A DNA stretch of 64,000 nt from assembly GCA_009103225.1 (NCBI GenBank), contig RHPI01000003.1:62001-126000 (forward strand), given 5' to 3'. The DNA comes from Chlorokybus atmophyticus. Its lineage: Eukaryota; Plantae; Mesostigma and Chlorokybus algae. Each line of letters starts with the position of its first letter. Position 1 is the stretch's first letter. The notes below the pieces were generated by a model that saw only the letters and a list, made by a program, of their open reading frames with translations, did not search any database and had not been told where the DNA came from. Made by a program: the position numbers and the translations under genes. Positions 1-11,759 of the stretch are shown in pieces.

Positions 1-417
1 AACCGGCAGGTGCCTGTCACATAGGCTGAGTCACCTAAGTAAGACTGATGTGTAATTTGCAAATGCCTGCTAATTAGGTGTAGTCACCTGTTAAGGCCTG
101 ATGTGTAACTTATAGGTGCCCGTTGATTAGTTGTAGTCACCTAGTAAGGCCTGATGTGTAACTAACAGGTGCATGTACATTATACAAAGTCACCTGTTAA
201 GGCCTGATAGGTAACTAACAGGCGCCTGTTAATTAGGCATAGTCAACTGTTAAAGACTAAATTGTAACAAAAAGGGCCTAATAGTAACGGAAGTTACTAT
301 TAGGTCCCTGTATTAAAATTACAGGTGGACTGAGCCACAACAGTCTAGATTAGTGTCCTAAGGTGCACGACCGTTGCCAATATTTAGTCGGCCGGCAGGG
401 AAAACATATTGCGACGT
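1..417 (+). mobile_element. Partial copy (right arm only, cut by window start) of a dispersed non-autonomous short-TIR element family
   Basis: About 315-415 (ggtggactga...acagtcta...ggtgcacgaccgttgccaatatttagtcggccggcagggaaaacatattgcgac) matches 10240-10330 and the reverse complement of 55885-55955; similarity stops at ttgcgac in all three copies. Confidence 0.75.
29..290 (+). repeat. Degenerate 53-bp tandem array (~5 units)
   Basis: Anchor agtca(c/a)ct recurs at 29, 82, 135, 188 and 241 (exact 53-bp period); the units share gtcacct-n-taaggcctgatgtgtaact. Confidence 0.85.
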
Positions 418-433
418 TGTGATGGGTTTCCAG

Positions 434-976
434 GTGGCAGCAATTGCGTGCACAATACATGACGCTCCGCGGTTACATGGGCGAGAGCGGTAAAGCCAGC
501 TACTTTAAGTGCACACCTGAGATGAGGGAGGACTATGGGTGGCAGAAATGCTTGCTGCTGAATGACCTTGAGGTGAGCTTTGGTTGCAACAGGTGTCAGC
601 CTAAATGGTAACAAGTGCTAAATGTAAGCCTGTGCTGCAGCTGTACGAAGGCATGGTGTCGTGGCTCGATGACAGTCACGCGGCTGATCCAGCAGCTCCA
701 TGGGACTCTGGCTCACCAAATGAGCAGAGTGAAGGTGTGACCACAGCATCTGGCAGCAAGAAAATGGGCAAAAAAAAAACAGCTGCTACCGCTGACAACT
801 TCATTCACCCCGTGCGTGAAGATCAAGAGTTCAGCCGTTCACTTCTTGCTGAGATGTGTGCTCAAAGTAGTAAGGCCACTGCAGCAATGGTAGAACAGAT
901 GACTGCCGACCGCGAGGCATTCGTGTCGTCATTTGACAAGGTGGCGACAGCACTCGCAAACTTCAAGGCAGCCTAA
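434..976 (+). pseudogene. C-terminal exons of a Harbinger-associated Myb/SANT (trihelix-like) DNA-binding protein
   Basis: After acceptor ttccag (433) reads RWQQLRAQYMTLRGYMGESGKASYFKCTPEMRED..., then a GTGAG intron, then LYEGMVSWLDDSH...FDKVATALANFKAA*. The W..L...Y helix and the coiled tail are typical of Harbinger accessory proteins. Confidence 0.55.
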
Positions 977-1029
977 GCTCTGATAAACACATTGCCGTGC
1001 ATGTGTGTAGCATGTGTGGTTGGCTCTTT

Positions 1030-2520
1030 TTTGCTGTGTATGTAAGTATCATGTAAGCTGTATGGCAGTGCATGGCAATGACGAGCTCATCACCCGGATG
1101 ACGCTGCCACAAATAGTATGTGACATTGTCTCAATTCCTTGCAAACATTTCAGCAAGTAAGTCGCATACGTAGTTGGCATTGTTGTTAGGCCATAAACTT
1201 TGAACTTCTGGTTGTATGTTATCTTCAAGCAGGTGCTCAGGCTGCAGTGCCTGCAGTATAATCTATGAGTCCTCCTCAGCGCAGTCAAACAAGAAGTTAT
1301 GAAGCACTACGGCTGAGATGATTGTATCACGCAAAAAATTCTATGCAACACCTTGTGGCACCATGAGTATACGCCAATGTCTCTTCAACACCCCTGCACA
1401 TCCAAATGCTCTGCACCAATTGCCTTGAGTGCGTACATATGCTATGTTATGACCACTTACTCAATGCATGCTCGATGATGATACGTGCACTTGAATGCTT
1501 GAAGTTGAAGTCACGCTTGAGTTTTGGCATGCGAGAGTTGTCGCGTGGACCAGAATATGGCACCACCAAGTGCTGCGTTGCTGGGTAACCAGCATCACCA
1601 AGCAAGTATGGGTGGATCTCATCACCTACCACGCAATGTTTAATCCACAACCTCATAATGTTTCAACAGCAATGCACCTTGACATCAACATGTGCAGGAC
1701 TCACCTACGGGTAAGGTCATGATAGGGTCCCTCAAAATGTCCCCACAATCAATCCCTTGCCACAGAGAGGACCGTTGAAATACCCATGCGTTATGTACAG
1801 AACCCGGGAAGCCCAGCTGCAAGTCTTGAAAGCGTGCGGTCATGTCACAGGCAGCCTGTGAATAGCACGCACGTCAAATTTCCCACATATTGTATCCAGC
1901 CGAGGCACTTACTGCCCTTACCTGTATGACGACACTGTAGTGACCTTTTCTGTTGTAATATTTTGCACACTGCTCGGTGTGTGGTTATCAAATGGGTATT
2001 TGGCTCCCGTCAATGGCTCCACAGCACCCGATCATGCCCTTCTGCAGCTGAAACTGAGTCATCACACGTGCTAATCTGTCGCCTGTAGGCCAGTGTATAA
2101 ACTGCCTTCCAAAGGATCTGACGAACATCTCCTTTACAATGTCTGCAACTGTCTGAACACCAACTGCGTATGTCAAAGATGGTGTGTGGTAGGCACTACC
2201 ATGTGCTAAGCGATGAAGGCCTATCATAACTCTCATCTCCAGTGGGACAGTGTTGCCTGCACAAGTTTCTGACCGCCGGAGGGGCTCGATCAAGTCGCAC
2301 AACTTGATAAAACTTGCACGACACATACGCCAATGATGACGCCAGAACAAATCCGGCCAACTACCTGACATAAATGCTGTAAACCAAGTCTGTTCTCGCA
2401 CATACCTAACCGGCCTTGGCCGCAACAGTCTTTGCCTAGCCCTGTCTAGCAACAACAACCGCCCTCAACGAGAGCGTACGTACAACCAGAGGTGCTGCAT
2501 TAGTTGATGCAGCATCTGCA
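1030..2520 (-). pseudogene. Harbinger (HARBI1/DDE_Tnp_4) transposase, spliced, inactivated by in-frame stops
   Basis: Motifs RMCRASFIKLCDLI, GCCGAIDGSQIPI**PHTEQCAKYYNRKGHYSVVIQ, FQDLQLGFPGSVHNAWVF, YLLGDAGYP, FNFKHSSARIIIEHAL, GVLKRHWRIL, VVLHNF; in-frame TGA TAA near 1985-1990. Confidence 0.9.
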
Positions 2521-5500
2521 TCCTTCTGCGTTGTCTTTGCTGCCATGTCCGCGCAAAGTGCAAGAAGACCACTACCAGAAGGCCCAAGACGAACGCATCA
2601 TCTCTTGACACTTGCTGGCCTCTCTGCAATACACGCCATACTGAATGTGAGAGAGCTACACGTTGCCAAGACCATGCACGAAGACAAGTTCAAATGCCGC
2701 AATTAGCAGAGTTTGTGCAAGCAAGGGTGAACGCACAAGCACGGTAACATTGATCAGTCCTGCCCGCACTCAGCAAGTAGCAGGAGTGTGCGTGCAAGAC
2801 CAGATGCAACAATACACCATACCATGCACACACCCTAAGCACGTTAACACTGTACACTCTTGCACGCACTCAGCCAGTAGCAGAGCGCAAGACAAGTTGC
2901 AACATGGGGACATTAACAACTGCGCTTGCTAACGCTGACAATGCACACCTACAAGACAACGCACACCTACACACCTTGCACATGCTCACACACGCATGCT
3001 CACACACGCATGCTTGCACATGCTCACACACGCAAATGCAGACACGACCAGCACTTGCATGTGACAGTTTTCACCTCTGGCATGGTGCACCTCAAAGCTC
3101 CCTTACAGTCCGGATTCACTAGTCAGTTGTCATTCGAGGCGAAAAAAAAGGGCGGGTTGTGTGCACGATGGCGGGGCCTGCAGGGAGGGGAACACGTTGG
3201 ACAACAGAGGAGCTGATAGCCCTTGCCCATTCGTCAGTTGTCAAACTGATGAATGACTGGCGCACCAGGGACAGGGCGCAAGGTTTGGTTGACATATATG
3301 AGTACTTGTGTCTTAAAGCTGCATGTGTTGACACAAACGTCAAACCTTAGGTGGAACTTCTTGTGGAGCCGTTACAGCTGCTGATGAGCAGACTGGCCGA
3401 ATACAGCAGACTGCCACCCGTTGACTAGTTAACAATTCTACTGCAACTACACTACTCACAATATCCCTTGACACCCCTCTAACAACCGCCGCCCCCACCC
3501 CCGAAAATACCGTCCAGCCGCCGCCCCCACCCACACCCGCACTCTGGACACGCGTCACTGTTTGTTTAGTCGAGGGAGAGACACAGAACGTCGCTCCCCG
3601 CCATTCGTAACATTTCAAGCCCTAAAACGTCGGGCCGTTTGCGTTTAGGGCCCGACCAGTTTTAGGGCCTAAAACCAGGTTTTAGGGCCGCCCTAAAACT
3701 TTCCGCCCTAAAACTTGGTCCGTTGTGGCTCTCAATCTACCAAGCATTTTCAACGACCGGACAATTCAGTAGTGAACAGCTAGCAAATATCCGTGATTCG
3801 ACCGATTAGCGCGCTGAGGCTCAGCCAGCCCGGACAAATAGCATAACACGGGGTCGAATGCTCAATCGAATCGAGCTGCCACATTGTTGTTGGCAACGGC
3901 TCATGTAACAATCGTTGCAAATACGTTTTGTTAATGCTCCGGATAATGATTGATGATGTTCACAGCAATTCAAACACCACATATTATTTTTGAAAGCGTC
4001 GTTTGCACCCGTGTTAAAGCGTGCCGTTGCAGCAAGGTTACAAGTTTTGATTTGTTGCGATATGTTACACGCAATAATGCAACATATGAGGATCATGCAT
4101 AAAACGCTCGCCAAATGTCGCTATATGTCGTGTAATTTTCAATCATGCGTTGATGATCATGAGCGAATTGCATTGGGAATGTAGCTTGGTAAGGTATAAC
4201 GTACATCGAAGCAATATGATCTCTCGCTTTAAATGACGCGAACAACACTTTTACTTTTGTCAAGTTTGACTATACTGCGACAATCGTAGTACTGCAACAG
4301 TAAGACTAAAGTAGTACCGTCGCAACACTACAATTGTCGCAGTATTAGTCATACTCTAGTCTAGAGTACTCGGAGTAGCAGTACTTTAGATACTTTAACA
4401 ACGCGCTAGTGATTATGCAATCGGGTTGGGTCTGGATGCCAATCAAGCAATTATACCAGATGCCTGGTACACAAATTAGAGTACTTACAAATCAGACTAG
4501 TATCGTCAGATTGTTCTATGTACCTGACAACCTATGCTACAATTGGCATAAATTGTGCCATTACTGAATGTTAATTTGTAAACCTGTATTGGCATACAAA
4601 AGCTGTGCAATCAATGGCATGAGAGCAGCTCCCAATGCAAAAACTGGCATCAACCCGGACCAATGTCAACTTAAGTAGTTTATGTTAAGATTAATAAAAT
4701 AAAAAATTTAGTGCCATTATTGATATAAGACTAAAAGACTGGATCCGAACGCGAAGTCTGGAGGTCTTAGATCGTTGGGTATTCAAGACCTGGCACATTA
4801 ACAGGCACAAGTCCAGCTCGGCACAAATCCATCAAGTGTCAGCTTCTGGATGACTACATACGCACTGATTGAATAACGATTGATCGTGAGTGGGCGAGTT
4901 GTTATTGCTATCGTAAAGTGTTAGGTCAACATCGTCAGTACTATAACAACTATGAATTAAGTACCTTAATCAGCACTATTAATTGAGAAGACAAGCAAAG
5001 TGAGTTGTTACATCAATTATGCAACCATTTCAACCAATAACATGTAGGTTGTTATTAACTAAGTGTACAAGCTTATAACTTACAGACTTACAATTTTTAA
5101 GTTTGTATGTTTCTCGCCCAGCTTAGGCGGCCGAAGACACTGGCAACATTTGACTAAGCACACTTGGCAAAGCTCAGGCTAATTGATGAGGTGGGCCGCA
5201 TGCCAGGCAAGCGGCGCTAAGATCACAGTATACTTCATCTAAATCTGATACCGCAGCAGCAGGCAAGCCAGTCGCTGGCTGTTTCCTTGAGTTAAGCAGC
5301 TTTTGCTAAGCTGTTTAGCAAAGCAGCTTATCATCATTGGATGATTGCGTGCTGCTATTGCCTCTCTCTCTCTCTCTTTCTGTGCATTTGCACACGCGCG
5401 CTTGTTTTTGTGTGATTTTTCTTGTGTAGCAAGCGTTTGCTGCAACACCAATGCAGATCCTGGTTACATGCAGATCAGAAGTTCAACCAAGTTCAAACCA

Positions 5501-5959
5501 AGTTGGCATGTGCATTAGCATTTTCAATCGTCGTTTTGGCTCTTAAGAGCCTGCGCTACAGCAGGTATATACCTGCTAGAGCGCAGGATATTGAGTTCAA
5601 GAAGAACAGTTAGGAAGGCTATATATGTATTGCACTTGCTGTGCACACCCAACTTTTAAAGATACAATGCATGTCGCGCCAATTTTACGGATCATATGGT
5701 CACCTTAATCATAGCATGTTGTTGCCCTACAGTCCAAAAACATTTACAGCCTCACATGTTTAGGTTCACCGCTTCGAGTCCAGGCATGACATATTCACTA
5801 CAAGTTGATGCTTGAGTGTATCTCAGCATTGACAACATCATGTTGTAATGAGTACGTTAGGCATTGGGGTGGCTAGAACTCATCTTCCAAATGTGCCACG
5901 CTATTATCGCCTAAATTGTACAAACAATTTGGGCAAAAGTATGTATATACCGGAATTCG

Positions 5960-6130
5960 CGGCGCGGGCCATTTGCACACTAGCAGCTATTGGCAATAAT
6001 AACAAAGGTTTCAAACATCGAAAGGCTACAATCATTGTGGCATTATACATGATTGCCAATGGCAGAGATTGGCGGCTGTTACTGGTCATCGGCAACGCCA
6101 AGCAATCTACGCTGTTTTCTAAGTTGTCAA
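5960..6130 (+). pseudogene. pogo/Tigger (DDE_1) transposase relic, N-terminal part of DDE domain
   Basis: KGFKHRKATIIVALYMIANGRDWRLLLVIGNAKQSTLF resembles the K.R.TV.L..NA.G..KL.PLVIGK.K.PR.F motif. Confidence 0.5.
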
Positions 6131-7959
6131 TGCATGGAGTCCAACCATTGCATCCACGCCCACCGGCAGCCTGCTAATGGCAGGTGGGCATAGAGTATGA
6201 TAGCAATCAAACCACATGAATGACGTCTCAGATACTTCTGTTATCCGCTAGTAACCATAATTCCTAAAGGGCCTGCCCTTATTGCAATGCATATGCACCC
6301 TCAAGCAAGCTGGAGCAATGCTTCACAAGCAAACTTCACGATACTCTGCTTACGTAACACGGCGCCTTAACCACTAGGCTATGGCAAAGTCGCTGCCATA
6401 TGGTTGTTGGCACGCTACCAAGTATCAAACTTGGGCCAATGCGCTCAATAGCTTTACAGCAACCATACCACAATATGAAGCCATAAAGGTGTGGCACTCT
6501 ACATGTATTTATATATAAACGTAATAAAAGCATGTTCACACATGTTCCAGTCTTTAGACTATGATGAATGCATTTTGAAACTTACGATCATACTGACAGC
6601 ATTGCACTGGCATCGTTTGCGTGCTCTTTGACTTTGCATAGGCACCGAAACTAATGTTGTTAAGGCAATGGTAAGGCCGGTGCCGTTAAGACACTGTTGT
6701 GCAGTGGTCAACCGACTTTGTCAAAGTGAAACTAAATCATGGCGGCGTATCTGCCGCGGGTCCCCAAAAGGAAGTCGTTCATTATCTTGTGTATGACCTT
6801 TGCATGCCTTTTACACCATGTAAACGCATCTAACACGCTCAAAGTACCCTTCACAACCCACACAGGTTTAAATGTTACGCCGTAATTCGGTGGAAAAACA
6901 CAATACTTTAAGAGTATCGATGGTGCTATAGTTGGTATGATTATATATTTGCATAGTTCACACTATGGTAAAGTGTTTACATTTTACTTAATGTATACCG
7001 TAGAAAACAATTGATCGTGATACATTGTTGAACTTTCTGCTGGCCCAAATTGTAACACTTTTTGCACTTGGTAGCGTGCTAACAGCCATATATATCCCTA
7101 TGAGGATAGCCACAAGTCTCATATATGCCTCATGCCATATACGTTACAGCTTGCATAAGTGTCAATGGTTGCAACACTTGGCGCTGTCTTACCTGGTCCG
7201 TAGCACTCCCTCTGAGTTGTGAACGCACACAAGGACTTAATCAAGCAAGGAAGTATAGCACCCAAGAGGTAGTCCAGGAGCACCGCACCAAGGAACGAGC
7301 CCAAAATGACCACACGCGCACCTCTAGCTCCAGACCCCAACGCCCCACAGACACACACACTACCCCCACAAGGGTGGTAGGAGAAGAGCCCCTCTAACAG
7401 CTCAAAGCCCAGCACCCCATACAGGATGGTACACTAGTAGTGCAACTCCACGTTGCCCACCACTAGGATAGTACTTAACTTGTGTACCCCTTGCTGCTCT
7501 CCGACCTGGCACACACATTAATCATGGCCCTCATAGCCCTTCACAGTGTGCGCTAAACAGTCAGCGCACACTGTGAAGGGCTCACATCAGCTGAAATATT
7601 CCCTACCTCGAGAACATCATCCGTCACATCAGCTTGCACCTCGGGAATGTCAGACATAGCCCTGAGGGCCCCTTAGGGTGCTGGGGACAATAATTGCCAC
7701 CAACAGCTTAATGCAACTTGCAGCGGCCACATAATGGCAAACTTTGTCGTCTTTATTGGCAATCTGACGTTAACTGCCATCGGCAGTTCACAACTGCTTG
7801 CAGGCTACCAGTTGTGGCTACATATGTCACATCAGTTACAAACAAGGCCTTCATGGCCTGTAACATTGACAATCTTTGTGCTAGCATGTATCAATGCTGT
7901 GTGTATAGTAACATGCCCTAGAATCCTAAGAAGACATGGATTAACCTCATGAGCACACT

Positions 7960-8273
7960 TGACAACCGGGATCCTCACTTAGCTATTCTTACTTACCACA
8001 TAAGCAATGAATCGAGAGTGACTTACGCCAACCATGTGGGCGTGACAATGGTTGTGCCATAGTAATGTTGATGTGATGTTGAAGCGTAAGCCCGCGTTAA
8101 TGCTCTTGGACAATGCTTCCACGCAAGAATGCACATCCGCTGAAGAGGAGCAGGTTGACAACTTTAAGGGCTCGAAGCTGAGCAATATGACATGCATATT
8201 TTTGCCAGCCAACACCACCTATGTCATACAACCTCTTATTGCTTGCATCATAGCGGCGCTGAAAATGCGATAA
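7960..8273 (+). pseudogene. pogo/Tigger (DDE_1) transposase relic, catalytic part
   Basis: KRKPALMLLDNAST...KLSNMTCIFLPANTTYVIQPLIACIIAALKMR matches RK.LLLLDNA...LSNI...FLP.NTTS.LQP.D.GII..FK. Confidence 0.75.
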
Positions 8274-8854
8274 GCACCCTTGAGTACTACTATATTATAG
8301 TATGCAGCTGACTATCATAAGACCCGGCATACAAACTTACACAGGCATTCACTAGTATATGCTGCGCGTGTTATGTAGTATTATGGTACACGCGTGCGCA
8401 TGCCGTGCATTCTATGCGCGCACATGCGCCTGGATTGCATTGTGCACATCATTGCACTAATTGTAGGTGCGTAACGCACATATATATATGCATGCCCACA
8501 CACACGCCCACATGCATGCGCGCACACATACGGCAACTCAATTATATATAATGTTGCAGCTACAAGAAAGAGCTTGTTGCCAAGCTTTTTTAACACTATA
8601 AAGTTGACAATTTCGCAAACTGTATTTAATGTTATTGTAATGCAACTTACACATGCTTCAAGCAATGTAGACCCAAAAATCACACCCTTGTAGGAGAGCA
8701 TTTCTTATTATGTGTGCAGTTATGGAAAAATACTCTTTGAGCTGATTAGCACATAAGTGTGGCGTAGAAAATCGTAAAGTGCTTATGATTATGTAGCATG
8801 TGCCTGCGCAATGTGTTGTACTGTTATCGCTCGAACAACGCCTATACATTGATA

Positions 8855-10330
8855 ACGTCGCATATTTTACACGGTGACTGACAAGGGACTGAGGGGTGCC
8901 TGACCCTACCTGACGTAACGGATTGGTCTACAAAGGGACTTTTTAGGACGGCTGTTAATATCAAGCAACATATACCGACGGCAAGCGGTCGACCGATAAG
9001 TACAATCGACGGCGGCCTGCCTGTAACGGCAACACCGCCCTTTAAGGTGACGGCCGATTGTTGGTCGTCCCATTTGTGCGATGGCGACCTATCTGTGTAG
9101 CAGATAAGTCACATTTTAGTCACATAAAGTGACGACCGACCGTCGATCATACCCTGACCGTCAAAAAGTATGCGCGACGGCCTGCCTACTTTGGCAAGCC
9201 AGTCACCGTTAGTCCCTATCAGGTGACCTTATCGCGTTTATTAAGTGACGGCCGATCGCCGGTCGTGCACTTAACGCGGCGGCGACCTACTTATTGTGTG
9301 TCAAGTATCATAAGCAAGTGACCGCCGGTCCCTAAAGGTCGGCAAGTCGGGACGGTGGTACCGGCCGGCAAGTCGAGACGCTGGTACAATGCAGCCACCG
9401 TACTATGTCAATGGTACGATAGTGCCATTGCAACAATGATACTTCGTACCAGTATAATAATACAATAATGCAGTTGCGAGTAACGTTTCGACAACGCGTT
9501 TGAATAACTTGGGCTGCCCAAGTTAAACACTCCACGGCTTCAAGTTGACCAGAGCGTTGTGGGCGGCGGCGGCGGCGGTGGCGGCAACGGCTAATAGTAG
9601 GTGAGCTTGGTTGCTGTCTGACGTTGTACTACGCGCAACACCGCATGCCATCTAACCACCCTCGTTGCCTTAAGGCGGCCAGGCTAGGCCAGGCCAGGCC
9701 AGGCTAGGCTAGGCTAGGCTAGACCAAGCCAGGCGGCGGCAGCGGCGGCGGAGAAGGAATGGCGGCGGCGGAGCTGGAGCGGGCGGTGCAGGAGCCGCAG
9801 CTCAGTACAAGGGTAGTACTAGCAGTAGTGGTAGTCTAGTTGTACTAGCAGTAGTAGTAGTAGCTCAGTATATTACATTATCATTTATTTATTTCTTTGT
9901 TTTTTTTTTATTATTTTTCACTCATTCTTGCACAGCTGATGACGACAATCAAGTGTAACACCTAATCATGACTGAGCGGTACCAGCAGGTACCTTTAAAG
10001 GGACACATCATTAACGGTAGGTATCTTTGGGTATCTGACCATTTCGCTCATTTAGCGTACAGTCGCCGTTACCTAAATGATAGGTACCGGTCAGTTACCT
10101 GTTAATTAGGTCAAGTCCCCTTTGCTTAACTGTTGAGTACCTGACAGGTACCTATTAATTAGGGTCAGTCCTTTTATGCAAACGGCCGCCAACGAATGGT
10201 GACGGCCGTTATGCTCAGGTCCCGGTATCGAGATCGCCGGTGGACTGAAGGTAGACAGTCTAAATGAGTATCCTCGGGTGCACGGCCGTTGCCAATATTA
10301 AGTCGGCCGGCAGGGGAAACATTTTGCGAC
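8855..10330 (+). mobile_element. Full-length ~1.47-kb non-autonomous element with short imperfect TIRs (acGTCGCA...TGCGAC)
   Basis: The left end gtcgcatattttacacggtgactg and the right end reverse complement gtcgcaaaatgtttccc form a TIR. It is colinear with the reverse complement of 55883-57450 at both ends and in the internal GGC, CCAGG/CTAGG and AGT microsatellite tracts. No long ORF. Confidence 0.75.
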
Positions 10331-11759
10331 AAAAGTGTGCGCGAGTAAATATGACACATGTTTACTAGCGTGTAGTAACGATCTTTAAAAGGTTGATAGC
10401 CATGATATGCTTGATATAGCATGCGCTAATTCATGATGACCCATTGGGTTATGATGTGCTGCAATGTTTGTATGACCTTAAACATGTGCGGGAGATATAA
10501 TATGAACCAATAATATAAACCTAACCAACATATTTCTCGTGTCGGCTTTCATATCCTGCTTGTTTGGTCATTTATGGCATGAGCCTCATGCATATGTGTA
10601 TAACTTGCAACATGTGTGTTGACTCATTGAGTCAACACACATGTTGCAACTTGATGGCAAAAAAGTCCAATGTTCAGCACAGTAGCCATCATAATGTTAA
10701 GTTCTATTGTGGAGTCGTGAAGCATGGCAAGAGACTACATACACTACCATGCGTAATTACTGAGACAAAATGCATCGCTAAAGTGGTTTGATAAAGTGGG
10801 CCAGAGGCGCTGCCAACGGCGTTTCATGGCGCATTTGTGTCTGGCAGTCACAAATGCGCCAACGGTGCTGCAAAAAATGCAAATCATTATGTAGTGTATG
10901 TTTACATATAAATATACCAGGTGCAGATTTATTACTTGACATTGGAGGAGTTTAAAGCATTTGATGATCATGTCAAAACACATGATGGGTGAGAATCAAG
11001 AAAACTCTCACTCAGACTTTTACGCACGATAAGCATACTTACGAGCGAGGGGGACGCGGTTGAAGGTATGTTCAGTGTCTACATTTGTATGTAATGAGTT
11101 TGAAGGTGCACTTCAGGAAGTCAACAACGCAATGCTGCCGCAAGTAATAATGACGACAAAAACGATGTCATGCATGATGCCAACTTTACGTGTCGCGGCC
11201 GTCGTGTTTACGCAGTGCTAAATGCATTCTAATTATATGTGTTGGAGCTTTCACAGCAATTGCGATGCTCGATTACCTGAGCCATCATGGCTCAGGCAAT
11301 CAAGCATATTTAGTTGCAATGATTGCAGCTAAGGATGTTGGTGCGGTATGTATACAGTTGTTTCATGATGCATCCGATATTATCAAATTAGGGTAACAAT
11401 GAAAGTAGTTTCACTTGGCATTGAGATGCTAGCAGCGCAGCACAAGGCTCAACCGTAAGCGCAGCTAATTGTACAAATTTAGATGATTAACGATGCACGC
11501 ATGATGCTTGCCGTGTTTTACACCAACACTGATTGATGCCTATCATAGCACAATTGTTATAGCCGTGTTCGACGTTGTTCTTACCGTACTTGGTACCTTG
11601 CATTAGCTATTGCTGCTATGGTTGTTGCTAGTTGAGTTGCTAGTCGTTTTACAGTACTTGCATATAATGTATGTTTGCTTACATTCTCATAACACCTCGC
11701 TGTGGGTGAGGAGGGGGGGGACGGGAGGGGCAACCTCGCTGTTATGCTTACATGCGATA

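Larger units (their letters stand above)
418..3732. mobile_element. Degenerate PIF/Harbinger DNA transposon (Myb/SANT gene and convergent DDE transposase; right terminus near 3732; left end outside window)
   Basis: Two convergent Harbinger-type genes, a subterminal repeat cluster at 3620-3713 and a candidate TIR ggtccgttgtggctct at 3717-3732. Confidence 0.75.

Noticed and set aside
29-290. CRISPR-like array
   Set aside because: The units are degenerate along their whole length, with no constant-repeat/unique-spacer structure; eukaryotic context and no cas genes.
1980-1995. Non-standard genetic code (TAA/TAG as Gln) or readthrough in the transposase
   Set aside because: Intact genes here end in TAA (P450, SUF4, FAX, LptF) and encode Gln with CAA/CAG. 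TGA TAA is best explained as C-to-T decay of CGA CAA.
10280-10335. Helitron 3' end for the 1.5-kb element
   Set aside because: No CTRR terminus or TC start; the ends instead form a short TIR.
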